This document shows, piece by piece, positions 41,481-54,080 of a stretch of 64,000 nt of DNA. Origin of the DNA: the human T2T-CHM13v2.0 reference genome, Homo sapiens. Numbering within the stretch: the stretch's first letter is position 1; every line of letters begins with the position of its first letter. The stretch lies in the NCBI RefSeq assembly GCF_009914755.1, contig NC_060932.1. One strand, 5' to 3'. The position numbers and the translations under genes were made by a program. Under the pieces are notes generated by a model, which saw only the letters and a list, made by a program, of their open reading frames with translations, was not told where the DNA came from and did no database searches.

Positions 41481-44400
41481 AGCAGTTTAATATGGTGAGG
41501 CAAATTGGCCTGAAGAGAGAGCAAATCCTAAGCTGAAGGCATTTAGACCCTTTCAAGAACAGCCCCCTCCCCCACTAGTGCATGTGATTGGACCAGGGGT
41601 TAGGACCTGCTGAGACCATAAATGAAGCCATTCGTTTACATCAGTAAGAGGAAAAAGGGATGAAGACAGAGATTCCTAATGGTCAGAAGCCTGTGCTCTT
41701 TGTACCCAACTCTGCCAGTCTTAGATTCCTCCTTCTTCCCCTCCAACTTGCTATTCAGTTTGCACCGAGCCTTGCAGCTGAATGTACAAAGGGAGAGCTG
41801 CCTGAAAGCTGCAGTGGGTGGTAATGGTGTTAGCTAGCACTAGCATCACCAGTGTTGCCATCCTCATGTGCACCGAGCATCTGTCATTTCTCAAGCACCA
41901 TATGCAGTCATTTTATATACATGATATCATTTTACTAATCCTCACACCCACAGGATGGAGATGTTATTGTGTTCATTTTACAGATAAAGAGATCAAGATT
42001 GATATAGGGATTAATTGCCCAAAGATCCAAGCCCAATAAATGACATAGCTGTATTACACACTCCATCTTCCTGCCCATACCTTTCCCTCTATGCTGAAGA
42101 GTACAATGACAGAATGAAGGACTTAGTTCCCTCCAATCCTAAAACCAAGAAGATCAGAGATTCTCCAGTTGTGTTATGCACAGGAATCATCAGCGTCAAT
42201 GTTAAATGCAGAATCTGGTTTGGGAGATCAAGGGTGGAGTCTGAGATTTCATACTTCTAACAAGCTCCCAGGTGATGCCAATGGGGCTGATCCCTGGACC
42301 ACACTATGAGTACCAAGGAATTAGATAATTCCACAGTGGACCTCATTTCTCAACTGGGCAGATATGTAGACTTGTAACTTGGTCAATAACATAGCTGAGG
42401 TCATTGGATCCATTACTTGTACAACCAGGCTGATAACACAGCTGCTATCAGAACTGAGAAAAGCAAAACACATTAAAATGAATGAGAAACTCAGATCTTC
42501 TTAGTGATTTAGATGTTTTCAGCTCCTTTCTTCTCCATTCTCACCCAGCTATAGTTAGTCAATATCTTCCCCTGCAGACACTCCTTTAGCTGGTCCTTGA
42601 GCTGATATTGAACAAGGTGTGTACAAGAGATTCTCACCCCACCAGCAGATGGTTATCAAAATTATAGAATTTCCCTTAGACCAGGGCTGCTGGCTTTTAC
42701 TTGACCCAAGGCCTCTTGTGTTGTGCCCCTGCACCAGAGGCCAGCCACGTGAATATTTGCTTAGGCTTTTGTGACTTCATTTCCAACTTGACACTCTGTT
42801 TCCTTGCCACTAGTTCACCTGCTCTCTGCACCTCCAACACAGACATAGGTTATCCATTAGGAGTCATAATGCTGCCTTGCTTACAGCACGGGTCCCCAGC
42901 TGCCCTGGATCTTCTGTTGCTAGGCTGCATCTGTTATATTCAACTTCCTACACTGAAGAGTTTTTCTGCTTCCCCAAGACACTGCTACTGGGACCAACCA
43001 TTCCCTGACCAACCCCATAATTAGCTGAGTGCACTAAACTCTAGGTCTACCAATCTGGACTTTTCCCTTCTCACCAGCAACCTACCATTCAGATAATAGT
43101 CATCTTTGCAGCGGAGCACCACATGCCAATGTATAAGAAAAGAGGCCTCTTCATCCTACTACGGTGACTCGAATTTTTAAAAATTAGAAAAATCCAAACA
43201 TTCATTATTTTAATTGACAGAAATAGCTGAAAATCATTTTTAAACACAAAAGTGGCAATGCCTGGTAAAATCTCAAGGAAGTTAAATTTTATTTAGATTT
43301 AGTTGCCATGATAAGTTTGTGTGCAGTGATTAAGTTTGTTGTTTTCTGATAAGATAAGGACATCTAGAGTCAACACCTCTGGACATGATTGACTACATTC
43401 CTTTGGATAAAATATGAATGTTGTTGGTACAAAAAGAGAAAGAGAAAAGGAAAGTCATTTTTAACTGTAGATAACATATCTTATATTTGATTAATTTATG
43501 AACAACAGCAAATACAATAATGGAATGAACAAATATTGAATGGCAAACTAGAAATCAGAATTTGCCAATCTCAGGCAGTTCTTACATGATGTGTTCACCT
43601 TTGAAGTCAGTGGGTTCAAGTGTTATGTGAACATAGCCTTGCCTCTGTGATTCAGCCTTGTGACAAGGGAGCAGAGTGAATAGATGAAGGGTTAGGCCTG
43701 GTATCAGAGGACTTGCCTTCAAGTCTTACCCATATAAGCTGCATGTTCTTAACAAAACTATGTAGCTTTTCTTAGTCTTGTTACCTACTCCTAAAAATGA
43801 CAATAATGACATCCCCAATCTCAGTGGTTATTGTGAGGGCAAAAAGATTTTTTGGAAGAGGGACTCCAGACCGTGCTGCCCTGAGACCTTACTGAGCCCC
43901 ATCCAAACTATCTTGAGTTGAAATCAACCCTTCCTTTTTCCCACTGCTCAGGCATAATCTCAGAGAAACCAAAGCGGGGTCCTGGACATGCTGGCAGGTG
44001 GCAGTGATCTGAAAGGCTCATATAGCAGAGGCTCAGACTGTGCAGGGTCTAAAACACAGTCAGTATAAAATCCACCATAATTACCATTTTAACACGGGGA
44101 AGGCATAGCTTTACTCTGGGGTCTTAAATGTCAGAAGCCTTTTGCAGCACCCTTAAAAGCAGAGATAAGAACAAGCATGGAGAGTGAGAAAAAATATGAG
44201 ATGAGGCAGCACCTTCTTGACCAGGAGAATTGTGCCTGGACTTCTATAAATATGTGCATGTTTATCTTTTTTTGCTTACTTTTTTTGGCTCTCCCTTTAT
44301 CTTTTAACTCAATTTAGAATGACCTGTTTATTCATAAACTTATTCAATCAATATGCGCGTACCCACTATTACAAGAGACAGTATAATAAAATAGTTAAGA

Positions 44401-44573
44401 ATATGGACTCTGGCCCCAGAATGCCTCAGTTCAAATCCCAGCTCTTTTACTTAATGGCTGTGCAATCTTAGGCAAATTACCTAACTACTTTAACCTCAAT
44501 ATCCCCATTTGTAACATAGTCAAAAAATCAGTACTTAGTTCGCAGGGTTGTTATGAGGATTCAATGAGTGTAG

Positions 44574-44860
44574 GGCCATATGGTGGCTCATGCCTGTAAT
44601 CCCAGTGCTTTGGGAGGCCAAGGTGGGATAATTGCTTGATGTCAGGAGTTTTGGACCAACCTAGGCAACAACGTGAGACACCGCCTCTACAAAAAAAATA
44701 AAAATTATCTAGCCTTGGTGGTGCACCTGTATTTCCAGCTACTCGGAAATAGAAGTACACCATTTTTCTCTTGGTATTGCCGTCCTGGACCAGGTTCAAA
44801 CAACTGAGTGACAGGTGCACCTGTATTCCCAGCTACTCAGGAGGGAGAAAAGAGGATTGA
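44574..44860 (+). mobile_element. Rearranged, 3'-truncated AluJ adjoining a MIR (~44380-44570)
   Basis: Left arm, linker and start of right arm; the right-arm start is duplicated around a foreign insert. Confidence 0.85.
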
Positions 44861-45472
44861 CAGTTCAAATAACTGTCCTTGAGATTGAAGGAGACTCTTC
44901 TCTTCTCTTTCCCCTCTGAATCCATCCCCTGCCCGGCACAAGAGATGCCCCCAACCCTTAGGGTTGACAGATACAATTAACTCGGTGTGCAGTATTTCTG
45001 TTTCCTAAAACTAGAAACCTTACCCATCCTTCTATTCAGGGATGGGTGTTAGATTTGAGTGAGGAGGCTTGCCATAAGTCATATGTTTTTCCTCTACCTT
45101 GTCCTTGTTTTTCCATGAGCCATTAAATGTCATACCTTAACAACAGATGGAATCCAGGAGATAAGTCGATTTCCAGAAAAGGCAAGACACTGATGGGAAA
45201 TTACAAAAGTTACAGGTAGCCCTGTGTTGCAATACATAAAAGCTTATGGGTGCTCATCTAAAGCTAATTTTGGGGAGTCAAGCATATTCAAAACTCCAAT
45301 TTTGGGAAAGTTTCCTCTGCCTGAGTTTGTTTTCTCATCTATAAAATGGAGATAATAATATTTGTATGGTAAGGATGCTGCAAAGACTTGCAAAGTAGAT
45401 GATCAATCAATGTTTTTTGAAAGAATGAATCTTTCCAGTGATTCTGGAGTCAGCTGCATCAGAGTTAATAGG

Positions 45473-45824
45473 TGATATGGTTTGGCTCTGTGTCCCCACT
45501 CAAATCTCATCTCGTACTCTAATCCCCATGTGTCAAGGGAAAGAGTTGGTGGGAGGTGATCATGGGGATCATGGAAGCGGTTTTCCCCATGCTGTTCTGG
45601 TGATAATGAGGGGGTTCTCACAAGATCTGAGTGTCCCCTATGGCATCTGTCTCTCCTGCCACCATATAGGATATACCTTGCTTCCCCTTAGCCTTCTACC
45701 ATGATTGTAAGATTCCTGAGGCCTCTCCAGCCATGCAAAATTGTGAGTCAATTAAACCTCTTTCCTTCATAAATAACCCACCTGAGGTAGTATCTTCATA
45801 GCAGTGTGAAAACAGACTAATACA
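45473..45824 (+). mobile_element. THE1D/MSTA-like solo LTR
   Basis: tgatatggtttggctctgtgtcccc...agactaataca. Confidence 0.92.
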
Positions 45825-46499
45825 ATGGAGATACTGTGACTCTGCTGAGGTGGCTGTAGACTAAGGAAGACTTTCCTTCAGTCATTTTCTTATGTGAAAC
45901 ATTGGCATGAGCTCTGGAAAGGAAAGGCAAGACACACATTGACCACATATCATACACTAGACACTGGATGGTGCCTCATGCTATTTAATCCTTCCCTGTA
46001 GCTATCCTGCAAGATGGGCGATATGACCCTGCTTTACAGATGTGGAAGCTGAGGCTTAGGGAAGGCCAGCTAGATGACTCCCAATCCTGTACATGCCACC
46101 TGGGCTCCAGAAGAGCAGCTAGAGGGCCTCCCCTCTGTGCTCAAGCCTAGAGAGGTAATGCGACGCAACCCAGGTGGACCTTCAGGCCCCAAGTTTGTGG
46201 AAGAACTGATGCAAATGGAGAAACAGGAAGATTCCACTGCTAAACCAAAGTCCCTCCTCTGCACACTGGTCACCTGGAGCAGTCTCTTTTCCCTACACTG
46301 TACCATCATTAAGCTCATTCAAACACCATCTCTGTGTAGCTGCTTCACGGGGTGCCTTAGACCTAAGCACATGTATTTTTTTTATTTATCAACATGAGAT
46401 CATGTCTCCTCATCTCTAAACTGAAGGCAAAGATCCTGCTGTGTGTTGGCCCCATCCAGGGGCCCTGAGAATCCAATGTAACCACAGTAATCCTGACAG

Positions 46500-46720
46500 C
46501 TATCACTCAGATACCTCTCATTAGGTGCCAGGCATGATTATGAGCACATAGGATAACTCATAATTCACAAAATCTTCATATCAGCAATGTGATACCCTGT
46601 TATTAGCACATTCATTTTGCAGATGAGGAAAACCAGGTACAGAGAGATTAAGTAACTTGCTCAAGGTCACACGGTTGCTAAGGGGAGGAGTCAGTATTTG
46701 AACTCAGGGAGTCTCTGATC
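46500..46720 (-). mobile_element. MIR
   Basis: cattttgcagatgaggaaaaccaggtacagagagattaagtaacttgctcaaggtcacac. Confidence 0.85.
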
Positions 46721-47384
46721 ATAGGCTTTGTGCTCTGGAGGGGATGGGAGGGCTCCCTGGAAGCTTACGGGGTTATGGGCATTCTAGAGTCAGATCTGAC
46801 CTCACTCAGCCTGACTCCTTCCCCATGAAGAAGTCTGACCGACAGAGTTTTATCTCATCATTACCAGTGCAGTCTTGCTGGCTCAGGTCCTTGGAAATAT
46901 TGCTATTCTATGCTATATCCTAACATTAATACTCAGTTAATGCTCTACTATTGAAAATCATGCTCAATTACTTTTAGCATAAAATTTCAGCTGCTTCCCA
47001 CTGCATTGGAAGCTTTGAAATAGGCAATTGTCTCTTACCTCCTCTTTCACTTCTGCCCATTCTCCCTTTAGCAAGCTCATGTGCTGGGAAGTCACCTTTG
47101 TTCTATGATTGCAGCTTTTCCCCTGTGTGGAAGAGACTGTACTCACTGTACTGTCTCCTTGAAATGCTCTTCGCTGGCTATTCAGAGGGCAGACTCCATC
47201 TCAACCTCTGGGTCTGGAAACTTCCCTTCCACCTCCCCAATACCTGAAGTTCTCTGCTCCCTGCCCTCTCTTTCCCTCTATCTCATCAACCCACTTATTG
47301 TCTGGACCTTAACTAGAGTTGCTACCCCAATTCACAAATTATATCCTCAGGGTTTGTAGAAACCCATCTGGATAAAACTTGTAT

Positions 47385-47880
47385 TTTTTTTTAAATTGTG
47401 GAAAAATACATACAACATAAAAACATAAAATTTACCATCTTATTTTTAAGTGCCCAGGTCAGTAGCATTACGAACATTTACATTATTGTGCAACCAATCT
47501 CTAGAATGTTTTCCTCTTGCAACACTGAAATTCCATGCACATTAAACAACTTCCCCTTTCCCCTCCCTCCAGCCCCTGGCAGCCACTCTTCTACTTTTTC
47601 TTTCTATAATTTTGACTACTCTAGGTACCTCATATAAGTGGGGTCATAGAGCATTTGTCCTTTTATGTCCGGCTTATTTCACTTAGCATAATGTCCTCGT
47701 GGTTCATCCATGTCATAGCATGTGCCAGAATTTCCTTTCTTTTTAAGGCTGAGTAATACCCCATTGTGCATATACACCACATTTTCTTTCTCCATTCATT
47801 CCATCAATGGACACTTGGGATGCTTCTACTTTTTGGTGACTGTGAATAATGCTGCTAAGAGCATAGCTGTACACAAACCC
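47385..47880 (-). mobile_element. L1MB 3' end
   Basis: aacataaaatttaccatctt...ctctaggtacctcatataagtgg...ttaaggctgagtaata. Confidence 0.92.
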
Positions 47881-48799
47881 CTGCATTTTAAACTCCTGTA
47901 TTTACTGTTTGGGCTGTAGACTTCCAGGGCTGAGCTCCACACACTGGACTGTTTCTAGCTCCCTGACATTATCAGGCTCCTCCTCTTCCCCTTACCGCCA
48001 TAATCCACAGCTGTGCCTTCTCCATGCCTCTGGGAGCTATTAATTAGGACAATTTTCTCTTCTTAGTTTTTAGGATATTCATTTTGACTCAACTCATCAC
48101 GTATATAAGTAGGGTGGATGACTGAGTCTACAGTGTGGTTTCTGATAACTTGGTGGGGACATTATTATAAACCCCATACAATCTCTTTAAAATGTCCTCT
48201 TCCCCTGCTAGATGGTACTTTAAATACTCATTGCAATGAACAGACTTCCTTACCACAAGGGGCACTTAGTGGGGAACTGAGACCTGTTAACCGAGGGGAC
48301 ATTATGACCTAATGATACCAAGGAGTCAGTGATGCTCAGTGAACGAGTGCTCAAAAAAGGTTCTCGAAGACAGTAAACAGGAGCGGAAGAGGAACAGGAG
48401 GCAGCAGAAGAAAGGCCTCAAGAGAAATGTAGGAGACTGCAGACACTAGATCTGGACATTGTTGGAGCTGGGACTACATCTCCAGGAGGAGAAGCATGGA
48501 CCCATCTAACTGACCTTATGAGAGGTGGGATCCTAGGAGCCAGCTCTAGGGATGGGGGCTGTGTAGGAAGCAGATGCTAGATCCAGGTCAAGAGATTCCT
48601 CCCTTGACTGCTTAGCTGCTTATGGTTTTATGAACGTGGACAAGTTAATATTCCTACACGGCTACTTTCTCTTGAGGAGAACAAACCAGAATAATAATAT
48701 GTATCTTACAGTGTTTTGTTGATTAAAAACGAATTCACATGAGTGGGCTGAGGAGCATGGCTGTGTCTCTGCAGATGTTCCATAAAAATTGTTCATCCT

Positions 48800-49093
<294 letters not shown>

Positions 49094-50426
49094 TCATCCT
49101 CTCTTGTTCTTGCAAACCTCACATCAGGCATAGTTCTATGCCCAGAATTATGCCTTGATAAATATTTGGGTGGAAGAAAGGAAAGATAGATGATGTTTTC
49201 TCCCCATCAGCTGCCTTCTCAGGGAATTTGGATCTCCAATTTGGGAGATTTACAGAACACTTCATGAGGACTGGAGATGCCCAGAATGAGCCTGCACTCC
49301 CCAGTTGAGTGTTTCCAGAATAAATGGAAGATGAGTGGTGTTGTACATGGGTGAGGCAATGTCTATCATTTGAACTAAAAAGGACAAGTAAACACATAGT
49401 TCACAGTATAAATAAAACCAGAGACATTCCCTCATCAGCAACCTTCATATTCTGAAAGAAAGCCCACAAAGCACCTGAAAGACATTCATAGACCAGCTGC
49501 CATGAGACCTCTCTGCACCAAGAACCTTTCTTTCCTTACTCTCTTGTTACTAGCTTGAAATCAAGCTTCATGCTTGAAACTCAGCTAGTAGCACCCCCAC
49601 CAGGACACACAGTGGTCTGGAGTTAGATTGTAAACACTGGGCCCCTTATGCTGGCTGGGATTTTCCCGGGCACATTGGTGGAGCTTTCTTCTGAAATGTC
49701 ACACAACGCAGCTGTGTACCCTGAAAGAGGTTTTGGAATGACAGTCTGGAGAATGGGTGGAGTCTGCCCATGAGGAGGGTCAGAAATCCCTAAACTCCTA
49801 AGGAGTCAACTACTTAAAGGAACCCAACAGTTCTACAAAACCACAGAGAAATGTCAACATCACTGGACCAGATCTACTTCCCCTAAAAAACATAAGGCTT
49901 GGCTTGACAATACTGAAGAAATCAAATAGGAAATGCTTATTTTCTGCTCATGTCTACCATGTCCTTATTTGCCTTTAAAAGAAAAATAAAAGATAATTTG
50001 GTCTAGATAATTATTATTATCATCCTTATTGTCAACATTGTCATCTTCATCCTTACAAGGAATTAAAATACCATAGTGATATATCTAGGCTGAATCTTAA
50101 TAACTGAGGAAGAAGCAACTAGATGGAGAAGGCAGACAAGGACTGAGGGGGTGTGGGAGCTGAAAATGTCCCAGGCAGAGAGTGCAGAGTGAGCTAAGAC
50201 ATGCTGTTCCACCCTAATCTCTTTTTGGTTACTTAATTTTACCCCCTCTTCATCTGTTATTTTGTGTTTGTCCATGTCTTTCAACCTGTTCAATCCACTT
50301 TCTTTAATCTGTTTCTGTGTTGACACTGAACTCTGGACTCCAACCTATTTCTGGTTAGCAATTGCTATCCTTGCAATATGTCACAAATTCATTCTTTCAT
50401 TCAATCATTCATTCAATAAGACCATA

Positions 50427-50878
50427 TGATATGGTTTGGCTCTGTGTCCCCACCCAAATCTCATCTCGAATTTTGATCCCCACATGTAGAGAGAGGGATC
50501 TGCAATCCCCACGTGTCAAGGGAGGGACCTGTAATCCCCACGTGTCAAGGCAGGGAGGTTATTGGATCATGGTGGGGGTTTCTCCCAAGCTGTTCTCATG
50601 ATAGTGGGTGACTTCTCACGAGATCTGGGGCTCTCCCCATTTTGCTTTACCCTTCTCTCTCCTGATGAAAATAAAACAGGGCTCTTCCCCACTTCGCTTT
50701 ACCTTTCTCTCTCATGATGTGTTGTGAAGAAGGTGACTGCTCCCCCTTCTGCCATGATTGTAAGTTCCCCGAGGCCTCCCCAGTTATGAAGGACTGTGAG
50801 TCAATTAAACCTCTTTCCTTCATAAATTACACAGTTTTGGGTAGTATCTTTATAGCAGTGTGAAAACGGGCTAATACA
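50427..50878 (+). mobile_element. THE1D/MSTA-like solo LTR with internal duplications
   Basis: TG..CA ends; TSD ccata/ccgta. Confidence 0.92.
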
Positions 50879-52289
50879 CCGTAGTATCTGCTTACCTGTA
50901 AGGTAAGATGTCTGTTACCTGTGTGGTACCATGATAGGTGCTGAAGGCACATAGAAGCATGAGACCTGCTCCTTGTCACTATGGAAACTACAATCTAGTA
51001 GTAGAGGAAGCAGACATGGATCAGCTAATTGTGATTTATATTAGCAACTCTTTCATTTGTTCACTCATTAATTCATGTATTCAACAAATATGCATGGAGT
51101 TCCTGCTATGTGCCAGGAATTGTGCTATACCCTGGGGATGCAAGCTTATTTTCTGTTCATGCCTATCCTCTCATTTGCTTTTGAAAGAAAAAAAAAGATA
51201 ATATGGTCTAGATAATTATTGTCATCATTAAGGTCAACATCGTTGAATGAGAGTTTATGAATGAGCAAAAGGGACACCTTCCCTACCCTTGTGGAGTTTA
51301 TAGTCTCCATTTGGAGAAGCTAATGAGACCACTGGTGTCTTAGAAGACTCCAACAGGAGGGGTCCTGGGAAAATTGGGGGTTGTGAAAGAAGATTTTCCT
51401 GCTCTGTCTATTGCCCGCCTTCTGTAAGCACAAACTGTTAATTTCTTGAAGACACTTTGGTTACCCATGGCAACGTCTAAAGCAAGCAATAAAGAGCTGA
51501 GGAAAGCACATGTTCACACCCTCATGTTGACTTTTCCACATGGCCTTCTGAGTGTGGTGATTGGGAAAATAAAACGAGCTCCTGGTTAATTAGGAATGTG
51601 TTAGGACCTCATCACTAGAGTGGGTGTGTTGACTTTAGAAGGGACCTTTAAAACTTTTTAAATTATTCCCTAAAATTTGCAAAATGTGTTATTTGAATAG
51701 ACTACATTTTTTTCTAATTTTAGAAGGGGAAAATAGTTGGATTTTTAAAGTTTAATAAAATATTTCAAGTGCTTACATGATCTGGGCTCAGTCATCTCTC
51801 CAACATTATCCTTTCCCACTACTCATTTTGCTTTCATTTTTTTGAGTAGTCTTACCATCCCCTAATAGTCTGTTTTCTCTTTTCTCTGGGACATTGCATA
51901 TGTTTTCTTTTTTTCTGTCTGTGGCTTCCTTTCTTCCTCTATCTCTCTCTCCTCTCAAAATGTCTTCTTATCCTGACTTCTAACATCATTTCTACTTCAG
52001 ATAACACTAATTTACTTCTTCTCTTGACTATAAAACCTACAATGAGATGATGCCTTTACTATGCTTTTCATAGTCTATGACCTCCCCCTATCACTAACAA
52101 ATACATTGTTTTCATACTTTATTCAAACATCTTCTTTTCCCCCCTAGGGTGGGAACACCATGACAAGAGGGTTGTGACTACTATGTTGAGAAGTTTATTC
52201 CTGAGCCCAGTCCAGTAATTACAAAATAAATATTAGTTGAATAAATGAATAAATCAGAACCATCAGTAAATATAATTTATACTGAGAAG

Positions 52290-53440
52290 AATCACGTCAG
52301 TCAGCTATTGCAATGTAACAAACCACCCCAGAGCCCAGTGGCATGAAATGGGAGGCAACTTTCATTCTCACACTCAAATCTCTGCAGGTGGTTGTGATGT
52401 CTTTGCTTCAAGTCATGGTTCAGTTGGAACAGCCCTGCTCTACATATCTCTCATTCATCTGGGGCCAGCATAAAACCACCTTTGCAGAATTATGACAGTA
52501 AGAGCAATCTGACATAGTTGACGCCAACTTCCTTCTGATCCCTTTGCTGTCCTTCATCATTCCTGGGTGTAGGCTAAGCTAACTTTGGGAAGAATTTAGT
52601 TTATAGTTTAACTTAAAACAAGGATAATAATAGTCTCTCCCTAAAACTAACCTTCTTTTTGCTCAGGGATGAAAACTACTTTTGTAAGCCTAATAAAAAC
52701 CATAAAAAATAGGATTATGGGAGGAGCACAGACTACACTACGAGACAGGCATAGTTTCTATAATCCCTTACTGCTTAGGAGTCATGTGGCCAGAGGTCAA
52801 AAGATTTGTGACTTCTCCAATTGCTCCCATAGACAACATCCTTATTATAGAAACTAAGATTGGTCTTTTGAAATATATTTAAGACTGACTCCACTGGGAC
52901 TCATGATTCATAACTCAACTAAACCTGTGGCCCCACCTAGAGGCAGACTTAGCACCTGAGGCCTGTTTTCCATACCCCTATGATTTCATCCCCAATCAAT
53001 CAGCAGCACCCATTCCCTAGCCCACTGCCCATCTAATTGTCCATAAAAGCCGTAGCCTCTGAGCCTTGGAGAGATTGATTTGAATGATAACTCCAGTTCT
53101 CCCACGTGGGCCAGGCTCACATCAATTAAACTCTTTCTCTACTGCAATGTCACAGTTTCAGTGAATTAATTTTGTCTGTGCAGCAAGCAGGAAGAACTCA
53201 TTGGACATAGCAAGCAAGTCACCTGGGGAAGAATTTTCTCATGGTAATAACAGAAGTACAAGAGGCAGAGTTCAACCACACAAGGGGATCTCAAGCCTTT
53301 GCCTGTTTCATGTGTATTAACATTCCATTATCAAAACAAGTCATATGGCTAACCCCACATTCATGAATGGGAAACATACTCTGCCCACAGGAAATCTTTG
53401 AGAGGACTGAATACCTGTTTGACAATAATCCAAGATACCA
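52290..53440 (-). mobile_element. Old MLT1-family LTR split by LTR8
   Basis: agtcagctattgc..tgtaacaaaccacccca; resumes after 53216 with ttttctcatggtaa...aacattccattatcaaaacaagtcatatggctaa. Confidence 0.75.
52471..53212 (+). mobile_element. LTR8-family (LTR8B-like) ERV1 solo LTR
   Basis: taaaaccacctttgcagaattatgacag...cattcctgggtgtaggctaagctaactttggga...aattaaactctttctctactgcaa; 4-bp TSD agca. Confidence 0.9.
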
Positions 53441-54080
53441 TAACCAGTCAAGATACAAGGATCAATCTATAATCTAGCCAATATTTATTTCATGAAGTTG
53501 TTTCTCACATAGGCAATTATTAAGTAGATTTTACTCATACTGCACTATGCTAGATTGCTTGCAAAACCCACAATTAGAAAATGAGTCATGGAATCTGCCA
53601 CCAGCAGCATGCAAGTAAGATAAAACAGATGATTATTCTACAAGAAATTATGTTATACACTTACCAAAGACTACATATCATAGAGCAGATAGCAAAGATT
53701 TTAGAGTCAGGCAGACCAGGGTTTGCTGACCATCTAATTGTGGGTAGTTGTCTAAATTCCTGAGTCTCCTTTACCTCCCCTGTAAAATCGGTGTGATAAC
53801 AGTACCTACATCTCATAACGTGGAATCAAGATAAAATGGCTCATGCTGTGTGCTACACCTGGCACAGAAAAAGGCCTCCATACACACCTGTTCTCTCTCT
53901 TTGCATCCTTTTGCCCTATTATGCCCTTGTCAAGACCAAATTACAGAGCACATAATCCCATCATTTGCTAGAAATTGTGGATGTCATTAGCTGCTTGGTT
54001 TTCTCTCTATTTGGGGGCCACCTTGATGTGTGGTTCATTAACATGAAATCTTCAAGGAATGAGGTATGAGTTTGACTTCA

